In this document: piece after piece, positions 14,140 to 28,390 of the stretch
Position numbering within the stretch: position 1 is the stretch's first letter
Layout of the letters: each line of letters begins with the position of its first letter
Source of the DNA: Saccostrea echinata
Taxonomy: Eukaryota
Reading direction: 5' to 3'
NCBI RefSeq assembly: GCF_033153115.1
Contig: NW_026889751.1
Span: forward strand, 2,666,001-2,730,000
Length of the DNA stretch: 64,000 bases
Program-made: the position numbers and the translations under genes
Notes under the pieces: generated by a model
What the model was told of the DNA's origin: nothing
What the model saw: the letters and a program-made list of their open reading frames with translations, nothing else
Databases searched by the model: none

Positions 14140-16195
14140 TGAAAAAGATCAACAACCTATCTATTTATTTCTTAGTGTTAATAACATCGATTGAATGTTT
14201 GTTTATCTGGTGACTGTGTTGCGTGTTTAACTTTACATGTTAAGTATGAACAGCAAGCTTTAGGGCAATTACTTTTAGAACATATCCAAACATGTTTGTC
14301 GCGTTTATGTTGTGTTTTAAAGCCACTGCGAACTCGGAAGAGTCCGTTATGTGACATTAGGTGCAAGATATTAAACAAATATTTTGTATAAGTACCGGTG
14401 ATTTCTATACGTTTTACACTTTACAATAAATATATGTTTTAGAAAATTGATTTTGATTTATATCATTAGTGAAAAAAGTAACAATGGTCCATTGTTTAGC
14501 ATAAACTGCAAGAGCACATACAACAAAACACCACCAGGAAGACTACATCTTAACCTTGCATTTCCTTTTATTAACTCTCTAAAGAACAATGTATGGTAAC
14601 GGCCGAATCTGGCCCCTTATTTGATGTGAAAATCTTAGCACAGTTAAAATTGTGATAATTACTTAAAATGATGCTTGTTTTAAAACCAGCACTAATTTTG
14701 ATTCAAAGCTTACTCGGAGACCATAAGAAGGCGCAGAAGTAGGACATTTTCCCGAATTTCTTCAATTCTGGTGGAATTTCGTCAAATTTGAGATCGTTTC
14801 ACTTCGGGAAACATAGAGCACAAGCTTGCATATCTGAGATTTTTATACATAAGATACATCTGATACTAGTACATGTATATTAAATATCTAAAGAAGATGG
14901 GCGTGTTTGGCGTGTGATCTGCAGGAATAAGGCGTACGATTAATTTATAGTTTAAATGTCTACGATTTGGTCGGCTGACCACAGCTGGACACACTTTACA
15001 AAGTTACGCACATGGGAAAATGTTACATTTAGTTTGAAATACTTTGTCAAATTTAATATTTAAGTCTGCTTATCTTAATAATTACTACATGTAAAACTTA
15101 GTAACGCTTCACATAAATAATAAACACCTATAGGGTATAGTTAAATGCAATTACATGCATTAAAGTATCAGTAGGTTGGAAGAATTGCTTTCGCTTTCGG
15201 TGCAAAATAACCAGAATTTATGTATTTGAAAATAAATCAGTATATAAAATTAAATTGACGAAAGAATTGATTGTTTGTACTAAAAAAATATTAACACTCC
15301 ATGCGAGGATCGAGCCAAAAATATTTCTTTTTCATTGCATTGGACGGGTAACGCATACTACTGAGCTATAACCGCTCCACACACTTTATGGTTTTTAAAG
15401 CGACAATGAAGCAACGCATTTACACATTGGATTTTTTGGGGGGGAAGAAGTTCATTTTTTTTATTGTCTCTGGGTCTTCTCTCCATTTTTTACAAATGAT
15501 TGTTAGTTTCTTTGAATTAAAATGCACACAAATAACGTTTCAAAATCATGGAGAGATGACCAAAAAGCAAATTTTCAGAAAAACGTGTTTGAAAAAGTAA
15601 CATTTTGTACCAAGTTACTCATCTAACCAATTTTCAAGATCTTTTTTCAGCAAATCAAAATACAATATCGGGAAAATATTTCCCTTTCCTATTTCACAGG
15701 AACCCGATACATCAAAAGAATGCTAAAATTTCATGTGACAGACCAATGAAATTTTCACTTTTCAAGTGGCCCAGATTCCTGCCAAATGCCAATCAAAAGC
15801 GCCCTCGTTCTTTGGTATATAGGCAAGCTTGTGCTCTCCGTTTTCTGAAACAAAATGTGCTGTAAAATCGATAAAAATTTGCATAAAAATGAGAAAATTC
15901 GGAAATTGACATATTTTCTGACCTTTCTGCGACCTCTGTGTATTCATTACCTTAGTGCCAGTACTCATTTTGTGGCAGGCGTGACAACAGGTTTTTATTG
16001 ATAAACTGTTGCATCATTCTAAAAGACACCCCAAACCAGGGGCCAAAAAAGGGTCTTAGCCTATCTTTTCCTTTCATCACTCTAAAACAAAATCCATTAA
16101 TTTATGCCACTGTTGGATGATCTGCCAAATACCAAGATAACCAAAACAAAGCCTTTTCATTTCTTTTCTTTAATTCTCAATACAAAATTTGTACA

Positions 16196-16494
16196 TCATT
16201 TTCTGCCTTTTCGTTTTGCTTTAAATTTGGGTTTCTTGGTTATCTCTCCTGACCTTTTAACCTTCTTATTATCTGGCCTGTTTTTCTGCTTTATTTTTCC
16301 ACCTTTGGATTTTCCTTTCACTTTCCATGACTCATCAGGTTTTGATCCCCGAGAAAATTTGATATTTTTTCCTTTCATACTGTCTTTAATGTTAGATTTG
16401 TCACCATTGCTCACAACATTTGGTTTCTTTTTCTTGTGAGGAACTGGTGACTTTGAAACAACCTTTCTCTTCCTCCTGGTACTTTGAAACAGAT
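16196..16494 (-). CDS. PPAN: PPAN exon 10 (Lys-rich C-terminus, stop)
   Basis: ttccag|AT CTG TTT CAA ... KKPKFKAKRKGRK*; frame continuous with exon 9. Confidence 0.8.
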
Positions 16495-17815
16495 CTGGAA
16501 TATAGAGTTTTCATGTTTAGATACAAGGCCATTACGTTGTCACTGGTGTTCAAAATAAGGTATCTAAGACAATATTGAAACAAGTATGTTTGATTAAGCA
16601 TATATTTCAATTGTCAATGAAAAACAAGCTCCAGAGACCAAGTAAAAAAATCTTAAAAGTCTGTTTCTGTGCTTCAGATTCTCACTGATAATTACAAATA
16701 TTCTCACGACATTCCCAAAGGGAAGGGTCATTGGGATGAAATGTAAAAGAATGTATTTTGAGCTTGACTTTGATTCTTGACATATATCTTTACCCATGGG
16801 CACTCTTTAGATGAGGTAAGAGCCAAACAGGCCCACAGAGAAGAAAAATTCTCATAACAAGAATTTTTGTCAACAGCATTCCGGTACATGAATAATCTTG
16901 ACCTTGTATGTGTACTTATAAAATTGGTTCAAGGTCAATGCATACCCATTACCATTGAGCAATCTATGGGTAAAATATGAGTCAGATTGGGCTAAGGGGA
17001 GAAATATAAGCCTCAGACAAGGATTTACAGGGACTTTTTTACCTTTACCTTGGATCTTGAATTAGCTAGCTTGAATTCTCCTCTCTTTACCCATGGGCAA
17101 TATATGGATGAAGTTTTAGCAAAGATTGGGTTAAGAGGACAAAAAAAAAAAGATTCGTACAAAGATTTAAAACACAGATGTTTTTTGACCTTGACTTTGG
17201 ATTAAGAAAATGGTCAGGGCAGCTGAATATTCTCTATCCATGGCATTTCATACGTGAAGTTTGAGCTTAACTTGGCCAAGGGGAAAGAAAACATGCTCCA
17301 GAGAAATGATGTGGGATAGATGGACAGATTGATCACTATAAGGCATCTGCAGAGTGTGTACCTAATTACTGTAAATGTATTATATTTAGCGTGTACAATA
17401 TTTGGCAGAAATTGATTTTTGAACAAGTTAGCGTAGATTTGATTAAGTGGATTTCTAAATGTCCTTATTTATGTATACATATGCAAGAAATTTAGCATTA
17501 TACTTGAATTAGCCGAAGTTTCTTTCTGCCAAAGGCACTAAAAAGAATACACAGCCAAATGAAATATGTTTACAGTATAACAGATTTACAAGTATCATCC
17601 AATATCATCCCTTAATTCATATATACTCCACCCCATTTGGTAAAGTATATAGTTTTTTTTTCTACATGTAAATTTGGAGTACACCTATCTAGGAAAACAT
17701 CCGCATGGAATATTTTCTAGACAGATGAATATTACCAATTTCAAGTTTAAAAAAAAAAAACTAATGAAAAAATTTCAGAAGAATGTTAAAATAATAATTT
17801 AAGTGAATATTAAAC

Positions 17816-17899
17816 CTGGATCAGGGGCTTCCCCTACTTCCTGTTGATAGTATGCTGCATCATCATCATCTTCATCATTTGCATTATCATCATCTGCAT
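17816..17899 (-). CDS. PPAN: PPAN exon 9 (acidic tract, YYQQEVGEAPDP)
   Basis: ADDDNANDEDDDDAAYYQQEVGEAPDP matches the PPAN C-terminal VGEAP motif; AG/GT boundaries, phase 1-1. Confidence 0.85.
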
Positions 17900-17970
17900 C
17901 TGGAAAACAAATACTTTTGTGCAATATAATATCAAAATGAATAAATCTATAATACATATTAAATAAAACA

Positions 17971-18357
17971 TTTTTATGCCCCCGGATCGAAAGATCCCGG
18001 GGGTATATTGTTTTTGTCCTGTCTGTCTGTTTGTCTGTTTATCTGTTTGTCTGTTTGTCCGTTTGTCTGTTTGTCTGTCTGTCTGTTGTCAACTTTAATC
18101 TTGCCCATAACTTTTGATTGGTTGGAGCTATGACTTTCATATTTCACATGTGTATTCGTTGTGACAAGGCCTTTCTTTGGGTACCATCATATTTGACCTT
18201 TTGACCTTGACCTTGGAGTTTGACCCACTTTTGCAAAATTTTATGAGACTTTAACCTTGGCCATAACTTCTGAACAGTTGGAGCTTGGGGTTTCAAACTT
18301 CACATGTGTATTCCTTGTGACAAGGCCTTTCTTTGGATACCAACAACTTTGACCTTT

Positions 18358-18388
<31 letters not shown>

Positions 18389-19172
18389 GAAAAACTTTAA
18401 CCTTGGCCATAACTTTTGAACAATTGGTGTTTAGGGTTTCAAACCTCACATGTGTATTCCTTGTGACAAGACCTACCTCTGGATATCAACCACTTTGACC
18501 CTTTGACCTTGACCTAGGAGTTTGACCTACTTTTGAAAAACTTTAACCTTGGCCATAAATTTTGAATGGTTGGAGCTAGGGCTTTCATACTTCACATATG
18601 TAATCCTTGCGACAAGACCTTCCTTTTGATACCAACCATCACTTTGACCTTTTGACCTTGACCTAGGAGTTTGACCTACTTTTGAAAAACTTTAACCTTG
18701 GCCATAACTTTTGAATGGTTGATGCTAGGGCTTTCATACTTCACATATGTAATCCTTGCGACAAGACTTTCTTTGGATACCAACCACTTTGACCCTTTGA
18801 CCTTGACCTAGGAGTTTGACCTACTTTTGAAAAACTTTAACCTTGGCCATAACTTTTGAATGGTTGGTGCTAGGGCTTTCATACTTCACATATGTAATCC
18901 TTATGACAAGATCTTCCTTTGGATACCAACCACTTTGACCTTGCCCTTGACGTTTGACTTTTATTTGAAAAACTTTAACCTTTGGCATAACTTTTGAACA
19001 GTTGTATCTAGGTCTTTCAAATTTCACAGGTGTATTCCTCGAGACAAGACCTTTCTTTGGGTATCAACATTTTTTATCTTTTGGTCTGGATTTTGACTTG
19101 CATTTGAAGAAACTTAACCTTAGCCATAAGCTGCCATACGGGGGCATCAGTGTTTCACAAACACATCTTGTT
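17971..19172 (+). mobile_element. non-autonomous Helentron-like (HINE/DINE-type) element with internal ~145-bp tandem repeats
   Basis: 5' hairpin cccggatcgaaagatcccggg, (tctg/tttg) microsatellite, ~7 units ctttaaccttggccataacttttgaa..., 3' end tgtttcacaaacacatcttgtt; short inverted relative at 40231-40542. Confidence 0.75.
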
Positions 19173-19310
19173 TTTTCTTCTTTTTGAAATATGCTTATAA
19201 TTTCTACCATTTTTAAGTTGATTTTTCATTTTCAAACCAGAAGTCTCTAATGAGACTGTAGCTCTACTGGTTTTTACTTAAAACCCTCCCTACACTGCAC
19301 ACTAAAGTAC

Positions 19311-20424
19311 GGTGGCTGGTATAGGACATGGTATGAGAATTTTTTTTTTTTAATTTGTGGCCACGAAATAAAAATTCATGGGAACAAAATAAAATTCGTG
19401 GGAACAAAATAACATTCGTGGGAACAAAATAAATTTTGTGGCCACAAATTTTATTTCGTGGCCAAGAAATAAAAATTTGTGACCACGAAATAAAATTTGT
19501 GGCCATGAAATAAAAATTCGTGGCCATGAAATAAGAATTAATGGCCATGAAATAAAATTCGTGGCCACGAAATAAAAATTGGTTCCCACAAAATAAAAAT
19601 TGGTTCTCACGAAATAAAATTCATTCCCATGAATTTAAATTTGTTCCCACGAAATAAAAATTCATTCCCACAAAATGAAAGTTGCATAAGTATGTGGCGC
19701 AGTTATATTGTAATTCAGTAATACTTTATCCTTCGAGGAAGCTGGTTTAGTGTATTTGAACTATTTAAAGATGCTTATAAATTACTTTTTTTTTACTCGT
19801 AATGACACACAATCAGATTTTAGAGAGTCTAACAAAACACGTATATAGTATCAGTGGTCGACATATAAGAAGGATTTTAAGAAACCTTGGTTTCACTACA
19901 GATCTGCAGCCTCCAAAACAAATTCTACCTTGAATTAAATTATAGCATTTACTGATCGGAAAAGTTAGTTTGCATAAATAAAAGTAAAAACTCGTGTGCA
20001 GTAAGCACACTCAGTTGCAGAGAGTGTGTCATTTTAAATCAACATACTTTGAAGAAATATCAAAAATTGTTTTGTGAGACACAAAGTACAGTTTCTGTTT
20101 ACCAGACATATAATCTTTAGACCTATTAAATGATGTAATATATAGACTTATTAAATACAACAGTTAATGACAACTTAGATATGTACAGTAAGATAGTAAT
20201 ATACATCTCTATCTGATAATGGTTAAAAATACAAGTATTATTCAACCTCAGATGAAAATGTTGTACAGTCATTCATCTCATATTATAAGCAAAGAAATTA
20301 AATTTATTTCCTGGGATCTAATTCTATTTCATGAGAACGAATTTAATTTCATGGGAATGAATTTTATTTCGTGGCCACAAATTTAATAAAAAAAAAAAAT
20401 TTCATACCATGTCCTATAGCAGCT
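19311..20424. mobile_element. TIR element with ~21-bp subterminal repeats
   Basis: gctggtataggacatggtatga..aatttgtggccacgaaata is mirrored by tatttcgtggccacaaattt..tcataccatgtcctatagcagc; ~16 units of ttcgtggccacgaaataaaa at 19350-19680. Confidence 0.7.
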
Positions 20425-22877
20425 AAAGAGTTCTGATTCTGTGGTATTTTGCTGCAGCTAGAGTGATTTACCCTTAGATCCGAACTCAAATAAATTGAAA
20501 TCTTCAGTGTATTACTCAATTTGTGATCAATTCTAGCATTCTGAACATTTGTCTTTGAACTTTTTTCCTTGGGATAAGTGCCATGAACCATAAATTGAAA
20601 ATTCAATAGATAAGCTTAATATTAACACATTTATACAGTATTTCTCAGTGTCAAAAAACATTTTGCACTGGTGTATAGAGGGTCCTTAACAAAGGAAGAG
20701 AAAAGTAGCACTTGAAGCTATGATGATAACAATAGAAATGATGATCCTTGGTTTAGTCTCTTTTTTGCAAGTTTAATTGAAGTTCGACAAAAACTGTAGT
20801 AGGAGTAACCTTTTGAAAGAATTTCAAAGAAATTTCTATTTTTTAGTAACCATGGCAACATTTGTTAAAACCAAAAATGGTTATACAGGATTATGTATCT
20901 TAGTGAAATCTACTCTGATAAATAGAATTATTTGTCTTAGTGTTATAGAATTATTTGTCTTAGTGTTATCTGTGTACCTAGTTATATTCAAATCTGATTA
21001 AAACTGTAGTACAAGTAGCATTGTGAAAGAATTTCACAGAAATTTCTATTTTTTGTAAACTATGACAACACTGTTCATTAAAATATATAAAAAAAAATAA
21101 AAAGATATGTATCTTAGTGTAGTCTACTTGTGTGCCAAGTTAATTATATATTGAAATTAGACCATAACTGTGGGAGGAGTAGCATTTTGAAAAATTGCTT
21201 ACAGACAGACAGACAGGAGGGCAACAACAACCTTACTATCACATAAGCTCTTCTGGTTTCTGACCAGTAAAGCTAAAAATCATTGTGAAAAACTGAAATG
21301 CTAAAAGTATTCATAAATGTATGTACAAAAAAATTAAATACAAAAGATTTTTTATTATAAGTTTGCTTGCCTCTGCCTTTCTTGTAAAAAGACAAAAAGG
21401 ACATGTATTAACTAAAGAATCCTGTTTTCAAAGCAACTTTCTCAGCTTTCTCAGGCCCCAGTACAGACTGATAACAAGAAGAAATTGTTGTGGTTCATTA
21501 ATTACAACATGAGGTGATTGTCCTAATTACCAAATACTGCACCAGATGTTCCATTTAAAATGCTTACATACAACATATCAAAGCTTCCAAGACTAATCTT
21601 ACAGTTCTCAACATTTAATTGTGGTATCTGATTCCTGCTTAAAGTATGTGAATTGATTTAACTCTCAATTAAACAATGTCATACTTGTACTTACACAAAT
21701 GGCAATAGATTTTACCTTCCAGCATTTTTCATTTGTCAAAAGCACAAAAATGTTTCAAATTTCATTCTAATATCTGACAAAAGTTACAGAAAAACAGAAT
21801 TTTCATTATTTTTAGCTCAATAATGGACACTTTAACAGAAAGAAACACACACTTAATCTTCAATGCATATATATACAATTGTTTACAGAATCTCAACCCA
21901 ATATCTCAAAATTACAAAATTTCACAGAAAAATAACATAATTAAAATTTTTTTACTGTTAGAGGTGTAATAATAAAGTCTATAAAAATTTTTGTAGACTT
22001 ATCACTTTATCTGGAATATCTTAAAATGTTCTAGTTAAGGTAAAGCAAAATTAAAAAAAAAAAACTTTCATGGCTAAAACAATGGTTATTAAATGGCTGC
22101 TTAACTGCAATTGGTTAACAAATGTTAGGCTTTTAACTCATTATAAGAGATTACCAAGATTTCTTGCAGAGATATATAATTTTGTTGATTTGAGTTGGGT
22201 GCACAATGAGCATCTTCATTCACACTGCCATTGATTTTGAATTAAATTTGCTGCTTTTCCCAACTTCATTATTCATAACACTCAGGTATAGCTTAATTAT
22301 TAGAATCCTAAATTGATAAAACAAATTCTCAAAACTTTTTAAATCACCCACAATATTTAAGAGAATTGACAAACCTCTTCTAAACTAAATACAGGGGAAT
22401 CATTACTCTGTACAAGTAAAAACTGACTCTTCAAAGATGATAATAGTTGGAATATCTAACTGATGTGAATTTATCTAGAATTCAAAACACTCTTTAGCAA
22501 ATGTAGCAAAACTTTAAAAGCCAATCTGAAATTTACACCAATTAGATTAAATGATGGTTGAAGTTCTTGTCAATGGGGCATAAAAATTGGCTTTGCAAGG
22601 CTTATCTGATAGCCTAGTGAAAAAAATAGTTCAATAGAATTCTTTTTAGGTCATTTCATTCAGTTTTAAGGTCAAGTGATGTGCTTCATCTCAATCAAAT
22701 GTTGTGTACTACATCTGAAACAAGAAACAAGCATACATGTACACATGCTCATGTGAATTCACTGTTTTTCCCGAACAAGGATCAATTTGTATACAGGGCT
22801 TGCTCAGTGTGCTTACATATACTCATTGTCAAATTTTAGCCCTGTGGATCTCAAAAAAAAAAAAAACAAAACAAAAA

Positions 22878-23941
22878 AACAAGAGGCCCATGGGCAACAA
22901 AGCTCACCTGAGTAACTTTAGCCTTGCTCTTCTTCACCAGATTTTCCCCCTTGAAATACTTATTGTGACCCAAACCTACTCCCGGGGGTCATGATTTGAA
23001 CAATTTAGAATCTACAATAACTTAGGAAGCTTCCACGTAAGTTTCAGCTTTTCTGGTACAGTGGTTCTTGAGAAAAAGATTTTTAAAGAGTTTTCCTATA
23101 TATTTCAATCTGAAACTTTGATTCCCTATTGTAGCCCCACCTTAACCCCCGGGGGCCATGATTTGGACAATTTGGAATCTACACTACTCAAGGATGCTTT
23201 AACATAGATGTCAGCTTTTCTGGTCAGGTGGTTCTTGAGAAGATTTTTAAAGATTTTTCATATATATTTCAATGTAAAACTTTGATTCCCTAATGTGGCC
23301 CCATCCTACCCCCAGGGGTCATGCTTTGAACAATTTAGAATCTACACTACCCAAGGATGCTTTCATATAGGTTTCAGCTTTTCTGATCCAGTGGTTCTTG
23401 AGAAGATTTTTAAAGATTTTTCATATATATATTTCAATGGAAAACTGATTTCCTAATGTGGCCCCCAACCTACCCCTGGAGGTCACGATTTGAACAATTT
23501 AGAATTTACACTAATCAAGGATGCTTACACATAAGTTTCAGCTATTCTGGTACAGTGTTCTTGAGAAGATTTTTAAAGATTTTTCATATATATTTCAATG
23601 TAAAACTTTGATTCCCTAATGTGGCCCCCACCCTACCCCCGGGGGTCATGATTTGAACAATTTAGAATCTATACTACCCAATGATGTTTTCACATAGATT
23701 TCAGCTTTTCTGGCCCAGTGGTTCTTGAGAAGAAGATTTTCTAAAGACCCCACTCTATTTTTGTCTTTTCTTAATTATCTCCCCTTGTAAGGGGACTTGG
23801 CCTTTCATTTTTACAAAAAAAATCTCCACTTCACCCAAGGATGCTTTGTACCAATTTTGGTTAAAATTGGCCCACTGGTTCTTAAGAAGAAGTTGAAAAT
23901 GTGAAAAGTTTACAGATGGACAGATGGATGGTCGACAGACA

Positions 23942-23992
<51 letters not shown>
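22878..23992 (-). mobile_element. Helentron-like element carrying ~165-bp satellite units
   Basis: Ends aacaagaggcccatggg..gctcacctgag and gctcacttgagctttcagctcaggtgagctaaaa (subTIR + hairpin); gaca/gatg microsatellite; 5 units gggtcatgatttgaacaatttagaatctacac. Confidence 0.8.
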
Positions 23993-23993
<1 letters not shown>

Positions 23994-24125
23994 CTATTCA
24001 TTTCTCTACAGACAGACACCTTACTATTGCTTAAGCTCACTTTGTCTCTGACCATTAGAGCTAAAAATATGAAAAGGCAGCCTTGTCTCTTCAGATGCAA
24101 AAGCTACTGCCCAGCTAAACTTTAA

Positions 24126-25530
24126 AACAAGAGGCCCAAGGGCCTTGATTCACTCTTCTGATAAATTGTACAACCTATCACTTCTATATGATGCATCTAA
24201 GTATCCTGTATATTAAGATAAAGCCTTGAAATTCCAAAAGAAGGTTGTCATGACTTACATTTTGGTTAAAACACTCTGAGAACCCAAGATGAATCAACTG
24301 ACAAAGTGTGTTGATTCGAAGCCCCTTATTATCTTAAATATTCAGATATAGCCAGGAGATTATGAGATTCCAAACTTTTTGGTAAACAACAGACCTAAGA
24401 TGCATCGACTGACAAACTCTGACGATTCTAACTGACAAACTTTGATGATTCTAAACCAATTAGTACCCGAAATATTTAATTATAGCCATATAAATTCAAA
24501 GTGACCTACATTTTAGTTGACCTTCTCTAGGGACCCAAAATACATCAACTGACAAAGTTTGATGATTCTAAGCCAAATAGTACCAAAAATATTTAAATGT
24601 AGCCATAAAATTTAAAATGTAGGTCATGGTGACCTACTTTTCAGTTGACGCTTTTTTGACGTCCCAAGATGCATCAACTTACAAAGTTTTATCATCATAG
24701 GCCTTAAAATGGCCAAAATATGCCTCTAAAATGCTTTGAAATCGAATGCCTGCAAAGTTCAAAAAGTAGGTCACTGTGTCCTACATTTTTTATAAATTTG
24801 TTTTAAGGCCCCAAAATGCATCATCTTACAATATTTAATGATTCTTAAGCTCTCAGTATTTGAATTAATGACCTTAAATGTTTTGAAAAAGATCAGCCAT
24901 AAAATTCAAAAAGTAGGTCATGACCTACTTTTTAGTTGGCGTACTCCAAGGACCCAAGATGCAACAACTGACAAAGTATGATGACCAAAGGCCTTAAATT
25001 GTTCAAAATATGCCTCTAAATCAACTTGAAAAAGAATGGCTGCAAAATTTTCAAAGTAGGTCACCATGACCTACTTTTGAGTCAACATGATATGACGTCC
25101 TAAGATGCATCAAATGACAAGATTTGATGATCCTAGTTCTTATAGTAAGCAAAATATCAAAGTTTTAATAAAATGTAATTTTTGGTCAACTTTGAAGTGA
25201 TCTTGAGACCACGCCCTTTGCCCAAGGGTGATGCCTTGAACAATTTTTAATCTTCAACATATCCTCATTCTTTTGTGTAAGTTTGGTGATAATCTGCCCA
25301 GTGGTTCTTGAGAAGAAGATTTTTTAGCAACCTGTACTTTTGGTTTTATTTATCTAATTATCTCCCCTTGCTTAAGGGTCACAACCCTGGTTTTTGTATA
25401 TAAACAGGAGCCCTTGGGCCAAGGATACATTGTGACAAATTTGACAACAATTGGCCAAGGGGTTCTTGAGTTATAGCCCATATTCTAAAAAGTTTACGCA
25501 CACCGCATAAATGGCCATAGATTAGCTCCT
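24126..25530 (-). mobile_element. Helentron-like element, shorter relative of 37858-40230
   Basis: Same termini and same aaagtaggtca..tgacctacttt palindromic units, but fewer of them. Confidence 0.75.
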
Positions 25531-25719
25531 AGCTAATAATTGAATAGTTGCTCAAATTTCAAGGTCATGAAGTAAAACATAGGTAATCAGAGATTACAGA
25601 GCTCACCTCAACAAATGTTGTCTTTAAGTAAGATAATGTCCCACACTAAACTAATAATTTAGTAGTGTGCATCCCTAGATGCAACATTTATGCAATTTTG
25701 GTCTGATATGGCTTGCTGC

Positions 25720-27022
25720 TTGGGAACTTATCTAAAAAATTAAAACTAGTCACTCATCCAGAAACTGCAAGTCAAATCCAGCATCTGAAGCAAGTTTGAG
25801 AGTGTTCGTCCCTTGATGCATATTCCATGCAAGTTTGGTTCAGATAGGCCTTATAGTTACTTCGAAATGAGATCTGCTCCAAAAACTTCAACCTGGTCAC
25901 TCATCCGGAAAATGTAGGTCAGATCCAGCATCTGAAGCAAGTCCAGTGGTATGCATCCTTAGATGTATCATCCATGCAAGTTTGGTCAATATAGGGCTTA
26001 TAGTTACTTGGAAATGAGATCTGCTCCAAAAACCTCAACCTGGTCAATCATCTGGAAAATGTAGGTCAGATCCAGCATCTGAAGCAAGTCCAGTGGTGTG
26101 CATCCTTAGATGTATCACCCATGCAAGTTTGGTCAATATAGGGCTTATAGTTACTTGGAAATGAGATCTGCTCCAAAAACTTTAACCTGGTCACTCAACC
26201 AGAAAATGTAGGTCAGATCCAGCATCTGAAGCAAGTCCAGTGGTGTGCATCCTTAGACGTATCATCCATGCAAGTTTGGTCAATATAGGGCTTATAGTTA
26301 CTTGGAAATGAGATCTGCTCCAAAAACTTTAACCTGGTCACTCAACCAGAAAATGTAGGTCAGATCCAGCATCTGAAGCAAGTCCAGTGGTGTGCATCCT
26401 TAGACGTATCATCCATGCAAGTTTGGTCAATATAAGGCTTATAATTACTTAGAAATAAGATCTGCTCCAAAAACTTTAACCTGGTCCCTCATCTGGAAAA
26501 AATATAGGTCATATCCAGCATCTGAAGAAAGTCCAATGGTGTGCATCCTTAGGTGTATCATCCATGCAAGTTTGGTCAATATAGGGCTTTTAGTTACTTG
26601 GAAATGAGATCTGCTCCAGAAACTTTAACCTGGTCACTCATCCGGAAAATATAGGTCAGATCAAGCATCCGAAGCAAGTTCAGTAGTGTGCATCCTTAGA
26701 CATATCATCCATGCAAGTTTGGTCAATATAGGGCCTATAGTTACTTGGAAATGAGACCTGCTCCAAAAACTTTAACCTGCACCAAAAACCTTAACCTGCT
26801 CCAAAAACATTAACCTGGTCATTCTTTAGCTGAAATTGCAGCATCTGAAACCTTGACTGGTACATGTATAATGAAACACACTAGAAGCATCCTCCATGCA
26901 TCTCTGATTGATATAGGGCATAGAAGTACTTGAAAAGAAAACTGCTCCAAAAACTTTAACCTGGGACACCGACGCTCAGAGTATTACATAAGCTCCCCCA
27001 ACTTCGTTGAGGTGAGCTAAAA
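25720..27022 (-). repeat. 147-bp tandem array inside a Helentron-like element
   Basis: gatctgctcc(a) recurs at 25871, 26018, 26165, 26312, 26459, 26608, 26755; terminal hairpin ...gaggtgagctaaaa at ~27020. Confidence 0.85.
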
Positions 27023-27876
27023 ATGATATTACTCCTTGAACAGTGTTGTCATGAATAATGTACATGTAAAATATGAAAGCCTTATTTTTTCTTAAGGTTT
27101 AAGTTTTTGTGACAAACATGAGATTTAATGTCTCCACGTTTTTGCAATAGCGGGGGACAAATAAGAACATTTGCAAACTAGTAATATTGTATTTTCAGTA
27201 TGGTAACAACCCTGCTCTGGACCCTGAACGCTGGACTCAGGGGACATAAATTTTTAACTTTTAAAAGTAACCATTTAAAAAAAAAATATATTGAATATTT
27301 CATAAAAACGTCATATATGAAAAGAGGCATAAATCATTTTTCTTTTTCAACTTGGAGAAAATTGAAAATTGAGCTATTTTTCTTTTCAAAACTTGATTAA
27401 AATTGAAATGACTGATCATTTACTTAACACTCTGCACTATTAAAGAGTAAATTGTGTCTCTCCATTGAGATCTTTTAAACCAAGGCTTCATGTCATGGCA
27501 GACATTGCCACGTTAAAGAAACCCTCATACCCTGAGTGCCAAGTAAAGGTCTAAATTTGAAACCCTTCAAACGTTATCTTGCAACATCTCATTTGAGAGA
27601 AAAAATTCTTGCAAGAGATGTTAAATAAAAATTAAGAAAAAAAAACTGCCATAGGCATATTTCTTTCAGTTAAAAAAACAGGCCAACACGGTAACTACGT
27701 GCAATACTGAACCATCTGAACATTTTAAAATCATTCATTTAATGATTCTTCCCTAGTAAATGTTTTAAAAGTGATAAGGGTCTTAGTAACAACGTATCCG
27801 AATGTTATAGCTTACAATAATTATGAGCCCTGGGTATAGTACAGTTGTACCTATAGAGATATTAGACAATCCTTAC

Positions 27877-28019
27877 CTCCCAGCTCTGGCTGCTCTACAT
27901 CTTCCTCCCCTCTTCTTCTCTTCATTCCCTCCAGACACTTCTGTTTGTGTTTCTCAGTCTTAAGTTTCTTCTTTCGGACATTCTCGTCCTGTTGTTTCTT
28001 TCGTAGTTCTTTCAGCTTC
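27877..28019 (-). CDS. PPAN: PPAN exon 8
   Basis: KLKELRKKQQDENVRKKKLKTEKHKQKCLEGMKRRRGEEDVEQPELG; phase 2-1. Confidence 0.88.
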
Positions 28020-28246
28020 CTAAAAAAAACCTATAAATTTAATAACACTTCACAAATAACAGGACTTAAATTCCAATTAAATAATTTAGTGATTTTTACA
28101 ACTTGTATATTGTGTGTGGTGTGTGGGTATGAAGGGGGGGGGGGGGGGGGAGGGGGAGACATTAGTTTATCTAACATTTAAAAATGCTCTCTAAAATGAT
28201 GCTTATGATACTTATATGTAGTCATAACCATTAAAAAGCAAGCTAC

Positions 28247-28390
28247 CTCTTTGAATCTCTCAGAGCTTTTAGATCCTTGAGGTCTTTGTCAGTTTTGATG
28301 ACTAGTTCATGAAACATGACCTCCCCCTGACATACACCATCCTCTATCTTCAGCAGCTGTAACGTCATACGGGGACCAATTTCTGTCAAC
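28247..28390 (-). CDS. PPAN: PPAN exon 7 (Brix sigma70-like motif)
   Basis: (R)LTEIGPRMTLQLLKIEDGVCQGEVMFHE carries the diagnostic Brix EIGPR motif. Confidence 0.95.

Noticed and set aside
16104-16439. 111-aa Phe/Leu-rich + strand ORF
   Set aside because: Antisense shadow of the Lys-rich last PPAN exon.
19264-19610. Repetitive-protein ORFs
   Set aside because: Translations of the 21-bp transposon repeats.
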